Below the pieces are notes generated by a model. That model searched no databases. It was given only the letters and a program-made list of their open reading frames with translations, and was not told the origin of the DNA. A DNA stretch of 64,000 bases from the NCBI GenBank assembly GCA_043814605.1, contig JBDRJV010000005.1, forward strand, positions 11,453 to 75,452. The letters are read 5' to 3'. This document shows positions 10,467-20,165 of this stretch, in pieces. A program made the translations under genes and the position numbers. How positions within the stretch are numbered: position 1 is the first letter of the stretch; every line of letters starts with the position of its first letter. Source of the stretch: Candidatus Omnitrophota bacterium. GTDB taxonomy: Bacteria; Omnitrophota; Gorgyraeia; B26-G9.

Positions 10467-11732
10467 ATGTCAAAAAATTCTCTAAAAACAAAAATCATAA
10501 AAATTGCAAAACAAACTCAGAAAGCGGCAAAATTTTTGAATGCGGCTTCTACGGAACAAAAAAATAAAGCTTTAAGGGAAATGGCTCAAGGTCTCATAAA
10601 AAATGAGAAAGCAATTCTAGACGCAAACAAAAAAGATATTAAATTTGCCAAAGCTCAAGGAAAATCAAGTGCATTTTTAGATCGATTAACACTAACAGTA
10701 CCACGTATCCGATCCATGAGCGATGATTTAAAATCAATAATTGAATTGAACGATCCGATCGGAGAAGTGATAAAAGTTTGGCGGCGTCCGAATGATTTAA
10801 ATATTGCGAAGATACGTGTTCCCTTAGGAGTAATTGGAATTATTTATGAATCCCGGCCTAATGTGACTAGTGATTGTGCCGGACTATGTTTAAAATCTGG
10901 GAATGCAGTTTTATTGCGCGGGGGTAAAGAATCAATACATTCAAATGTTGCGATTTATAAAGTACTAGCCCAGGCTTTAGAAAAAGCCGGATTTCCGCGT
11001 GGTTGTGTGAGTTTAATTGAAACAACAGAACGGGAAGCAATTTCCATAATGCTTAAGTTGACTGAATATATTGATTTAGTTATCCCCCGCGGGGGAGAAG
11101 CATTAATCCGGAATGTAGTGGAAAATTCCCGAATACCGGTAATTAAACATGATAAAGGTATTTGTCATACTTATGTAGATAAGTATGCAGATTTGAATAT
11201 GGCGGAAGAAGTTTGTTTTAATGCAAAGGTACAAAAACCTTCGACTTGTAATGCTATGGAATGTTTATTAGTACATAAAAATGTAGCCGGTGAGTTTTTA
11301 CCGAGCATGATTAAGCGGTTTAAAAAAGCGAATGTTCAAATCAGAGCTTGTAAAAAAACACAGGCGATTTGTAAAGGATTAAGGCTGGCAACCGCAGCGG
11401 ACTATGCTACTGAATATTTAGATCTAATTTTATCAATTAAAATAGTTGAATCAATGCAGGAGGCGATGAATCACATCAGTAAATACGGATCAAAACATTC
11501 GGAGGCAATTATTACAAATAATTATAAAAATGGTATAAAGTTTTTAAAGCTTGTTGATGCCGCTTGCGTTTATTTAAATGCTTCTACCCGGTTTACAGAT
11601 GGCAATCAATTTGGCTTCGGAGCGGAAATAGGAGTAAGTACAGATAAACTTCATGCCCGTGGTCCGATGGGGCTGGAAGAATTAACAACATATAAATTTA
11701 CAATTATGGGAAATGGACAGATCAGAAGCTAA
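10467..11732 (+). CDS. proA: glutamate-5-semialdehyde dehydrogenase
   Basis: IYESRPNVT, NASTRFTDG, LHARGPMGL. Confidence 0.95.
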   Translation: MSKNSLKTKIIKIAKQTQKAAKFLNAASTEQKNKALREMAQGLIKNEKAILDANKKDIKFAKAQGKSSAFLDRLTLTVPRIRSMSDDLKSIIELNDPIGEVIKVWRRPNDLNIAKIRVPLGVIGIIYESRPNVTSDCAGLCLKSGNAVLLRGGKESIHSNVAIYKVLAQALEKAGFPRGCVSLIETTEREAISIMLKLTEYIDLVIPRGGEALIRNVVENSRIPVIKHDKGICHTYVDKYADLNMAEEVCFNAKVQKPSTCNAMECLLVHKNVAGEFLPSMIKRFKKANVQIRACKKTQAICKGLRLATAADYATEYLDLILSIKIVESMQEAMNHISKYGSKHSEAIITNNYKNGIKFLKLVDAACVYLNASTRFTDGNQFGFGAEIGVSTDKLHARGPMGLEELTTYKFTIMGNGQIRS

Positions 11733-12330
11733 AAAATGTAAAAAAAATAAAAAAAAGATCGGAATTCTCGGAGGGACCTTTGACCCCATCCATATTGGGC
11801 ATCTATTTTTGGCTGATACGGTCAGACAAAATCTAAAATTGGATAAAATCCTATTTATTCCGGTAAATAAACCTCCGCATAAAGACAGAAGAAAAATCCT
11901 TAATAAAAACTTAAGATATCAAATGGTAAAATTAGCTATTGCTGGCAATCAGGATTTTATTGCATCGCCTGTTGAAATCAGGAAAAATGGAGTTTCTTAT
12001 TCTATTGAAACATTACGGATCTTAAAAAGATGTTATCCTGATGCGGATTTTTATTTAATCATTGGTTCCGATGCTTGTGCGGAATTAAAATTATGGAAAA
12101 ATATTGATGAATTGTTTAATTTGTGCCAGTTCGTTATGGCAGCGCGGCCAGATTTTAAAATCTCCTGCCGATCTCGATTGATGGAAAAAATTAAACAATT
12201 ACCAGGAAAATTTCTTAAAATTTCTAGTACACAAATTCGAAAAAAAATAAAAAAGGGAATATCCGTTAGATATTTAGTTCCGGAGAAGGTGTATCAGTTT
12301 ATTCATAAAAGAAAATTATATCGAAAATAA
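11713..12330 (+). CDS. nadD: nicotinate-nucleotide adenylyltransferase
   Basis: GGTFDPIHIGH, ISSTQIR. Confidence 0.93.
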   Translation: MDRSEAKKCKKNKKKIGILGGTFDPIHIGHLFLADTVRQNLKLDKILFIPVNKPPHKDRRKILNKNLRYQMVKLAIAGNQDFIASPVEIRKNGVSYSIETLRILKRCYPDADFYLIIGSDACAELKLWKNIDELFNLCQFVMAARPDFKISCRSRLMEKIKQLPGKFLKISSTQIRKKIKKGISVRYLVPEKVYQFIHKRKLYRK

Positions 12331-12334
12331 AAAT

Positions 12335-13339
12335 ATGGAAGATAATGTATTTATTTTAATGCCGATAATTTTGTTCGTGTTAGTTTTATTTTCGGCGTTT
12401 TTTGCTATGGCTGAGGTAGCTTTTGTTAGTTTAAACAAATTGCGTTTGCGTTATCTTTTAAATCAAAACAGAAAAAATGCAAATATTGTACATCGTATCA
12501 TTACAAATATGGATAAATTGATTGCGACAATTCTTGTCGGTAATAATTTTGTAAACATTGCAATTTCTGCACTGGGTACAGCAATTTTTATTTACTTCTT
12601 TGGCAATAATTTTAAAACTGTAGTGATTTCAACATTTATAATCACCTTAATTGTATTAATATTTGGAGAAATAACTCCGAAGCTTTTTGCGGTTAAACAT
12701 TCAGAAAAAGTATCTTTATCTGTTGCCTGGCTTATGGATTTAATTATTAAAATTTTATCTCCGATCGTAAAAATTTTTTTGGATATCAGTAATAGTTTTT
12801 TAAAGATTATTGGTCAGGCGCCAACGCGCAGATCACCCTTAGTAACAGAAGAAGAGATCAGATTAATGATTGAATTAGGCAAAGAAGATGGTGTTCTTAC
12901 TGATGGGGAACGCAGCATGTTACACCGAATTTTTGAATTTGGCGATACAATGGTTTATGAGGTAATGATGGGTGCAGATAAAATTGTAGCAATAGATATT
13001 AAGGCAACAGCAGAGGAGATATTAGATTTAATTATTGAAGAAGGACATTCACGGATCCCTGTTTACGACGGCAATTTAGATAATATTATCGGTGTAATTT
13101 ATGCCCGGGAATTGTTGAATATTTGGCGCAATAAAGATTTAATAATTATTCAGGATTTGTTGCATCCGCCTTATTTTGTTAACTCCCGGAAAAGAGTGAG
13201 TGAACTATTAAGAGATTTTCAGAAAATACATATTTATATGGCAATTATTGTTGATGATAAAAATAATACTCTGGGGTTAGTTACCTTGGAGGATTTGCTT
13301 GAAGAAATTGTCGGTGAAATTGAAGGCGATGTAAGTTAA
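12335..13339 (+). CDS. CNNM/DUF21 + CBS domain protein (CorC/TlyC-like, Mg transport)
   Basis: FSAFFAMAE, GEITPK, HSRIPVY, TLEDLLEEIVGEI; no C-terminal CorC domain. Confidence 0.85.
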   Translation: MEDNVFILMPIILFVLVLFSAFFAMAEVAFVSLNKLRLRYLLNQNRKNANIVHRIITNMDKLIATILVGNNFVNIAISALGTAIFIYFFGNNFKTVVISTFIITLIVLIFGEITPKLFAVKHSEKVSLSVAWLMDLIIKILSPIVKIFLDISNSFLKIIGQAPTRRSPLVTEEEIRLMIELGKEDGVLTDGERSMLHRIFEFGDTMVYEVMMGADKIVAIDIKATAEEILDLIIEEGHSRIPVYDGNLDNIIGVIYARELLNIWRNKDLIIIQDLLHPPYFVNSRKRVSELLRDFQKIHIYMAIIVDDKNNTLGLVTLEDLLEEIVGEIEGDVS

Positions 13340-13430
13340 TGAGAGCAATTAACAGGGAGCGAGTAACCGGCAGTTATAATCAGAAGCTTGTAACTTGTCA
13401 CCTGAAACCCGAGGGAGGTTAGTTTATATT

Positions 13431-13775
13431 TTGAAAAAAAGAGCGTTAAAAATCGTGGAATTAGCCCAAGCTGTAAAAGCAATAGAACCGGTTATTTTAG
13501 ATTTACGTAAAGTTTCAAATTTTTGTGATTTTTTTGTTATTATAACGGGGACATCACAGACTCATATCCGGGCAATTGCGGATAATATAGAAACGGGGTT
13601 GAAAAAACAAAGTTTAACCAGCAGACATAAGGAAGGATATAAATATACACATTGGGTAGTTTTAGATTATAACAGTGTTATTGTGCATATTTTTAATGAT
13701 GAAACCAGAAAGTTTTATGATTTGGAACACCTTTGGGCCGATGCGCCCATAGTTGAAATAAATCAGAAAGGTTAA
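13431..13775 (+). CDS. rsfS: ribosome silencing factor RsfS (iojap)
   Basis: CDFFVIITG, WVVLDY, RKFYDLEHLW; GGGAGG SD at 13413-13418 favours TTG start at 13431. Confidence 0.9.
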   Translation: MKKRALKIVELAQAVKAIEPVILDLRKVSNFCDFFVIITGTSQTHIRAIADNIETGLKKQSLTSRHKEGYKYTHWVVLDYNSVIVHIFNDETRKFYDLEHLWADAPIVEINQKG

Positions 13776-13776
13776 T

Positions 13777-14493
13777 ATGGATTTTTTACTATATGTTTTT
13801 TTTGCCGTATTACTATTTGTCGGAATTTTCATCGGTTATGCGATTCGGGCAAAAGAAGAAAAAATGCGCCAGAAACGAATTTGGACAAGGGTTGAAAGGC
13901 GCAATATTATGCGGACAATTAATGCCCTGGTTTCGGCAATTGATTTTAAAGATCATTTAACAAAAAATCATTCGGATAATGTCAAACATTATGCTTGTGC
14001 GATTGCCGAAGAAATGGGATTATCCATGACGGAGATTAAAGAAATCCAAGAAGCTTGTCAGGTGCATGATTTAGGAAAAATTGGGATTCATGATAATATT
14101 TTATTAAAACCGGATAGTTTAACTGAAAAAGAATATCAAGAAATTAAATCCCATTCTCTCGCCGGGGCGATTATTTTAAAGCCATTTCATTTTTTAAAAA
14201 AAGTTGTTAAATTAGTACGTCAACATCATGAACGCTATGATGGCACAGGCTATCCGGACGGGCTCAGCGGTAAAAATATTGATCTAGGAGCCAGGATTAT
14301 GTCTGTAGCGGATAGTTTTGATGCGATGACTCAGGATCGGCCTTACCGTGATGCCATGACTCAAACGCAGGCAATTGAAGAATTAAGGATGAATAGCGGT
14401 ACCCAGTTTGATCCTAAAGTTGTAGAAGCGTTTCTTAAAGTTCTGGAAAAAAAACCTGATATTATAAAACGCAAAGGAGAAATTATCGAATGA
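13777..14493 (+). CDS. membrane-anchored HD-GYP phosphodiesterase
   Basis: N-terminal TM helix; HDLGKIG, HHERYDGTGYP, DSFDAMT.DRPYR. Confidence 0.9.
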   Translation: MDFLLYVFFAVLLFVGIFIGYAIRAKEEKMRQKRIWTRVERRNIMRTINALVSAIDFKDHLTKNHSDNVKHYACAIAEEMGLSMTEIKEIQEACQVHDLGKIGIHDNILLKPDSLTEKEYQEIKSHSLAGAIILKPFHFLKKVVKLVRQHHERYDGTGYPDGLSGKNIDLGARIMSVADSFDAMTQDRPYRDAMTQTQAIEELRMNSGTQFDPKVVEAFLKVLEKKPDIIKRKGEIIE

Positions 14494-16199
14494 GTCAGGA
14501 TTTAAAAAATACAATAATTAAGATAGTTGAGAAAATAGTTAGGCGAAAAATTCCGCCAGGGGATAAATTACCTATTGAACTCACAATACCGAAAGAAAAG
14601 CAATTTGGAGATTGGTCTTTAAATATTGCGATGCGGCTGGTGAAAATACTCAAAAAATCTCCTCAAGAAATTGCCCAGATGATTATTGAGTTGATAAAAA
14701 AAGAATTGGCTAAATTAAATTTAACTGACCGCTTTGAAAGAATTGAATTCAAAAACCCCGGGTTTATAAATATTAGTTTATCGGCAAGCGCCCTTTTTGA
14801 TATTTTAAATGAAGTGCAAGCGCAAAAACAGGATTTTGGAAAATCTGCTTACGGGCAAAACAAAAAAGTTTTAATAGAGTTTGTCAGCGCTAATCCGACT
14901 GGTCCTTTAAGTATTGCGCATGCCCGGCAGGCAGCTGTAGGTGATGCCTTAGCTAATATTTTAAATTTTTGCGGATTTCGTGTTTCGCGTGAATATTATA
15001 TCAATGATGAAGGAAATCAAATAAAAAATTTAGGATTAAGTTTACGGGCAAGATATTTAGAATTGCTTAAAGTGGAATGTGTGAATTTTCCTGAAGATGG
15101 ATACAAGGGGCAATATTTATATGAATTGGCTAAAAAAATAATTACGGTTTTCAAGGATAAATATAAACAGCAATCGATAGAGGAATCTTTGCCTTTTTTT
15201 TCTGAATATGCAGCCAATGAAATTTTAACACAAATCAAAAATGAGCTGCTTAAATTTGGGGTAAAATTTGATAATTGGTATTCACAAAAAGACCATATTA
15301 CCAAAGAAAATATTGACCAGGTTTTAGCCCAATTAACAGATAAAGGATTTATTTATATTCAGGATGGGGCAACTTGGTTTAAGTCCACAGAATTTGGGGA
15401 TGATAAAGATAGAGTGCTAATTAAAAGTGATGGACAAATGACTTATCTGATGCCGGATATTGCTTATCATAATTTAAAATTTGAACGTGGATTTAACCGC
15501 TTAATTGATATTTTAGGCCCAGATCATCATGGATATATTAACCGTCTCAAAGCAGCGGTTTGTGCACTCGGGTACACAAAGGATGACTTATCAATCTTGG
15601 TTATTCAATTAGCCACATTATTTCGTGAGGGAAAACCTGTAATGATGTCTACTCGGGCCGGAGAATACATAACTTTAACGGAATTAATTGAAGAAGTAGG
15701 TGCTGATGCGGCCAGGTTTTTCTTCCTGATGCGCCGGTGTGATTCTCATTTAGAATTTGATTTAGAATTAGCGAAAAAACAAACTTTAGAAAATCCGGTC
15801 TATTATGTTCAATATGCGCATGCGAGAATTTGCGGAATTCGGGAAACATTTGCCGCTAATGCCGAATCTCAAGAAATGGTAAATATAGAGAACATATTAA
15901 AAACAGCAGATTTATCATTGCTGAAAGAAGCAGAATGTTTTGATTTAATGCGTAAATTAAATTGTTTCACGGAGATATTGATTAATGCCGCATCGGAATG
16001 TGAGGTACAAGGATTAACAACTTATTTACGACAACTTGCCGGAGAATTCCATGCTTTTTATAATAAATACAGAATTTATACCGAAGATAAAACTCAAAAA
16101 GAATTTTCGAAAGCAAGATTTTTGCTTGTAGATTGTGTCCGCCAGGTTTTATTTAATGGATTGAGTTTGTTAGGAGTGAGTGCCCCGGAGGAGATGTAA
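14490..16199 (+). CDS. argS: arginine--tRNA ligase
   Basis: EFVSANPTGPL, DDKDRVLIKSDG, MSTRAGEY, YVQYAHARI. Confidence 0.95.
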   Translation: MSQDLKNTIIKIVEKIVRRKIPPGDKLPIELTIPKEKQFGDWSLNIAMRLVKILKKSPQEIAQMIIELIKKELAKLNLTDRFERIEFKNPGFINISLSASALFDILNEVQAQKQDFGKSAYGQNKKVLIEFVSANPTGPLSIAHARQAAVGDALANILNFCGFRVSREYYINDEGNQIKNLGLSLRARYLELLKVECVNFPEDGYKGQYLYELAKKIITVFKDKYKQQSIEESLPFFSEYAANEILTQIKNELLKFGVKFDNWYSQKDHITKENIDQVLAQLTDKGFIYIQDGATWFKSTEFGDDKDRVLIKSDGQMTYLMPDIAYHNLKFERGFNRLIDILGPDHHGYINRLKAAVCALGYTKDDLSILVIQLATLFREGKPVMMSTRAGEYITLTELIEEVGADAARFFFLMRRCDSHLEFDLELAKKQTLENPVYYVQYAHARICGIRETFAANAESQEMVNIENILKTADLSLLKEAECFDLMRKLNCFTEILINAASECEVQGLTTYLRQLAGEFHAFYNKYRIYTEDKTQKEFSKARFLLVDCVRQVLFNGLSLLGVSAPEEM

Positions 16200-17576
16200 A
16201 TGAAAGATAAATATGATGTGGCAATTATTGGTTCAGGACCGGGTGGCTATGTTGCCGCAATTCGCGCTGCTGTATTGGGATTAAGTGTGTGTTTAATCGA
16301 AAAATCGTCTTTAGGCGGGGTATGTTTAAATTGCGGCTGTATTCCCACAAAAACATTGCTGAAAAGTGCACATACATTTGACATTCTGAAAAAAGCTGCG
16401 GATTTAGGGATTAATGCGGAAAAAATAGAGTTTAATTATTCAGTATTCCAAACAAGAAAAAATACGTTAATCAGCCAATTACGTAAAGGCATTGAATTCA
16501 TTTTAAAAAAACGTGATGTTGATATTATATTTGGTCAAGCAAAGATTATTGATCAAAACTCTCTTTTGGTCAAGGATAAAAAAATTAGTTTTGCGCATTG
16601 TATTATTGCTACCGGGTCAGAACCGATTGAATTACCTAATGTCAGATTTAATAGAAATGACGGGATTCTGGATTCTCAGGATATTTTAGAACTGGAGGCT
16701 ATTCCGAAGAATTTGTTAATCATTGGGGGGGGTGTTATTGGCTGTGAATTTGCTGATCTTTTTGCAACTTTAGGTTCAAAGGTGACAGTGGTTGAACTTG
16801 CCCCAAATATTTTGATTAATGAAGATCCGGAAATTGTACGTTTTTTAATTAATGATTTAAAGAAAAAGAGTGTTAAGCTAAATACACAAACTCAGGTTCA
16901 TAGTATCGAAAAAGTTAAAAACGGATTAAGTACAGTTATTTTTAGTTCAGGGGACAAACAGCAATTTGAGAAAATTCTCATTGCTGTAGGAAGAAAATCA
17001 AATACGGATGGTTGGGGGATTGAAAATATCGGAATAAAATTAGAAAAAGGTAAGATTATTGTGAATGAGCGCATGCAAACCAATACTCCTAATTTTTATG
17101 CTGTTGGTGATGTTGTTGGCAAAAGTTTTCTAGCGCATCTTGCTTCCCGAGAAGGAATTGTGGCAGCTGAAAATATTGCTAACTTAACTTCAACAGTTAA
17201 TTATCAAGCTGTGCCGCGTTGTGTTTATACGCAGTTGCAAGTTGCCAGTGTCGGGATGACCATGCCGGAAGCTCAAGCCCAAAAAATTCCTATAAAAATA
17301 GGAAAATTTCCTTTTACTGCTTCATCAAAAGCAGTTATTGAAAAGCAGACACAAGGAATGGTAAAAATAATTGCCCATGCGGATAATAATAAAATTTTGG
17401 GGGTTTCTATTTGCGGGCCAGAGGCTACGGAATTAATTCATGAAGCAGTAGTTGCTTTAAATGCTTCTATGGAAATGGGGCAATTTGTGCAAATAGTGCA
17501 TGCGCACCCGACATTATCTGAATCTATATTGGAAGCAGCAGAAAGTTTAGCAAAAAAACCGATTCATATACTCTAA
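16200..17576 (+). CDS. lpdA: dihydrolipoamide dehydrogenase
   Basis: GSGPGG, GGVCLNCGCIPTK disulfide, HAHPTLSE. Confidence 0.93.
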   Translation: MKDKYDVAIIGSGPGGYVAAIRAAVLGLSVCLIEKSSLGGVCLNCGCIPTKTLLKSAHTFDILKKAADLGINAEKIEFNYSVFQTRKNTLISQLRKGIEFILKKRDVDIIFGQAKIIDQNSLLVKDKKISFAHCIIATGSEPIELPNVRFNRNDGILDSQDILELEAIPKNLLIIGGGVIGCEFADLFATLGSKVTVVELAPNILINEDPEIVRFLINDLKKKSVKLNTQTQVHSIEKVKNGLSTVIFSSGDKQQFEKILIAVGRKSNTDGWGIENIGIKLEKGKIIVNERMQTNTPNFYAVGDVVGKSFLAHLASREGIVAAENIANLTSTVNYQAVPRCVYTQLQVASVGMTMPEAQAQKIPIKIGKFPFTASSKAVIEKQTQGMVKIIAHADNNKILGVSICGPEATELIHEAVVALNASMEMGQFVQIVHAHPTLSESILEAAESLAKKPIHIL

Positions 17577-17641
17577 TTTATTCTTCATTTAATTTTAATT
17601 AGCTTAATGGTGTAATTGTTAGTGTAATAAATAATTATGGC

Positions 17642-17669
17642 TTGACAAAAAAAAGTAAAATGTTACGAT
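17642..17669 (+). promoter_or_regulatory. sigma70-type promoter
   Basis: TTGACA-16 nt-TACGAT with extended -10 TG. Confidence 0.55.
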
Positions 17670-17703
17670 TAATTAATAAATATTTTCAATTCAAGGAGGG
17701 AAA

Positions 17704-17943
17704 ATGAGAGATATATTATTGCCTGATTTTGGGCCCGATATAGAGGAAGCAACAATATCTTTTTGGCATGTTGAGGAAGGAGAACATGTTGAGGCCGGAA
17801 CAAATATTGTTGAGGTTACAACTGATAAAAGTACAGTTAATGTGCCGAGTCCCTGTGCAGGGGTAATTACAGAACTTATTGCAGTAGAAGGTGAGACGGT
17901 TACAGTCGGGAATATTATTGCTCGGATTGAGGAGGAAGATTAA
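17704..17943 (+). CDS. stand-alone lipoyl-domain protein
   Basis: E2-type lipoyl domain with EVTTDKS lipoyl-lysine motif; AAGGAGG SD. Confidence 0.85.
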   Translation: MRDILLPDFGPDIEEATISFWHVEEGEHVEAGTNIVEVTTDKSTVNVPSPCAGVITELIAVEGETVTVGNIIARIEEED

Positions 17944-17944
17944 A

Positions 17945-18430
17945 ATGGATGAAATTTTAGAAATTCTCGAAAAAGATGCAAGAATGAGTGCTGAAGAAAT
18001 TGCAAAATTTTCAAAACAGAATGTACAAACTGTTAAGAAAAAAATAAAAAAATTTGAAAAAGACGGTGTAATTTTAGGCTACAAGACGATTATTAATAAA
18101 GAATTGGTTAGAAATAAAGATAATGAAGTCAGGGCGCTGATTGAAGTTAATGTTTTGCCTCAGAAAAATTTAGGATTCGATCATATTGCCAAAAGAGTTT
18201 ATCAGTTTCCGGAAGTGGCCAGTTGTTATCTTGTTTCGGGAACATATGATCTGCTTTTAGTCGTTGAGGGTAAAGATATGCAAACAATATCAAATTTTAT
18301 TGCGGAGAAACTCTCGCCTATGGAAAATGTGAGAGGGACAGTAACTCACTTTCTCTTAAAAAAATATAAAGAGGACGGGGTGATTTTAAAACATAAAGAC
18401 GAAAATAAAAGGATTGCGATATCCTATTAA
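17945..18430 (+). CDS. Lrp/AsnC family regulator
   Basis: N-terminal HTH (ILEILEKDAR), YLVSGTYDL, THFLLKKYK. Confidence 0.88.
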   Translation: MDEILEILEKDARMSAEEIAKFSKQNVQTVKKKIKKFEKDGVILGYKTIINKELVRNKDNEVRALIEVNVLPQKNLGFDHIAKRVYQFPEVASCYLVSGTYDLLLVVEGKDMQTISNFIAEKLSPMENVRGTVTHFLLKKYKEDGVILKHKDENKRIAISY

Positions 18431-18451
18431 TTTTAAGGATTAAGATAACAA

Positions 18452-19624
18452 ATGAATATAAAAAAATTAGTTGCGAAAAAAGTAGAACAACTTGCTCCTT
18501 CTGGAATAAGAGCTTTTTTTGATTTAGTTTTAGGGATGAAAGATGTTATTAGCTTAGGGGTGGGAGAACCGGATTTTATTACGCCCTGGAATATCCGAGA
18601 AACCGGGATTTTTTCTTTAGAACAAGGATATACATCATATACATCCAATAAAGGGCTCTATAAATTAAGATTTTTAATCCAGCGTTTACTTAAACAGCAA
18701 TATGATCTTTCCTATTGTGCGGATGAGGAAATTTTAATTACCGTAGGGGTTAGTGAAGCTTTGGATCTGGCGGTAAGGGCAATTCTTAATGCTCAGGACC
18801 AGGTACTTGTGCCTGAGCCTTGTTATGTTTCTTATGCTCCGGTTGTTGAATTGGCACACGGAAAGCCGGTAAGACTTGCGACAACAGAGAAATTAAAATT
18901 TAAAATTACTCCGGAACAAATTGAGCGTGCTTGTAATAGAAAAACTAAGGCAATAATTTTGAATTATCCTTCTAATCCGACCGGTTCTACATATAATCTG
19001 GCGGAACTCCAAAAAATTAATGCGGTATGTAAAAAACACAATTTAATTGTTATCAGTGATGAGGTTTATGGAGATTTAACGTATGATAGAGAACATATCC
19101 CGTTTCCCATATTAAAAGGAGCTCAGAAGTATACTATTTATTTAAACGGTTTTTCTAAGGCTTATGCAATGACTGGCTGGCGAATTGGGTATGCTTGCGG
19201 GCCAAAGCCAATTATCGCCGCGATGACAAAAATACATCAATATACTATACTTTGTGCTCCGATTATGAGTCAGATGTCGGCTTGTGAAGCATTGCAAACA
19301 GGACGGCATAGTCTAGAAATGATGAAACGTGAATATAAACGCCGACGAAATTTTATGTTTGAAAGTCTTAATGAAATAGGTTTAGTTTGTGCTAAACCAG
19401 AGGGAGCTTTTTATATTTTCCCGAGTATTAAACAAGTAGGCTTGAGTTCTTTAGACTTTGCAAACTTACTTTTAAAACAACAAAAAGTAGCTGTGGTTCC
19501 AGGAGTTGCTTTTGGCAAGCAGTATGATGATTTTGTGCGGATGTCTTATGCCACAAATTATTTACAGCTTAAAGAAGCGGTTAAATGTATTAAAATTTTT
19601 GTGGATAAATACAAAAAAATTTAA
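18452..19624 (+). CDS. class I/II PLP aminotransferase
   Basis: LGVGEPDF, NPTG, SDEVY, GFSKAYAMTGWRIG. Confidence 0.92.
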   Translation: MNIKKLVAKKVEQLAPSGIRAFFDLVLGMKDVISLGVGEPDFITPWNIRETGIFSLEQGYTSYTSNKGLYKLRFLIQRLLKQQYDLSYCADEEILITVGVSEALDLAVRAILNAQDQVLVPEPCYVSYAPVVELAHGKPVRLATTEKLKFKITPEQIERACNRKTKAIILNYPSNPTGSTYNLAELQKINAVCKKHNLIVISDEVYGDLTYDREHIPFPILKGAQKYTIYLNGFSKAYAMTGWRIGYACGPKPIIAAMTKIHQYTILCAPIMSQMSACEALQTGRHSLEMMKREYKRRRNFMFESLNEIGLVCAKPEGAFYIFPSIKQVGLSSLDFANLLLKQQKVAVVPGVAFGKQYDDFVRMSYATNYLQLKEAVKCIKIFVDKYKKI

Positions 19625-19642
19625 ATAATTTTAGGTAGCCTC

Positions 19643-20116
19643 ATGAAAATAAAATGGTTAATTTTAATTGTATTAATAATAATTTTAGCTTATTGCCAGA
19701 CTTCCGAGGCGATAAATTTTAACAGTGAAGAAAAAGAATCCCTGGAGATTTTAGTTAAAACAAGCAGATTGGTTTATCATAAAGATAAGGAGATTATGAT
19801 TTATGTTTTTTTTAAGAATAATGCGGAAGAGGCCTTAGAATTGTTGGAACCAGCAATTGATAAAAAGTCATTAATGTTTGAAATTGTACAACCAGACGGT
19901 AAAAAAGAAAAATTATTGGATATTTACGGCTTAAATTTAAAAAAAATTATTTTACCTCAGGATAAAAGAATAAAATTCAAAGCTAATTTTATTCCGGAAA
20001 TGCTAGGTACTTATCAGATAAATGTAAGTTATTTCGGGTTTCAAGATAAGGAAATAAAAGCCCGCCCAATTTCTGTTTATGTAGTTAGCCCCCCTCGGAA
20101 AGAAGCGGACCAATAG
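19643..20116 (+). CDS. secreted hypothetical protein, probable Ig-like beta sandwich
   Basis: Signal peptide; alternating beta pattern ending GTYQINVSY. Confidence 0.6.
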   Translation: MKIKWLILIVLIIILAYCQTSEAINFNSEEKESLEILVKTSRLVYHKDKEIMIYVFFKNNAEEALELLEPAIDKKSLMFEIVQPDGKKEKLLDIYGLNLKKIILPQDKRIKFKANFIPEMLGTYQINVSYFGFQDKEIKARPISVYVVSPPRKEADQ

Positions 20117-20165
20117 TCAGAGTGCAAAATATAAATAAAAAAAGTTAAAATTGTTTAAAAATATT

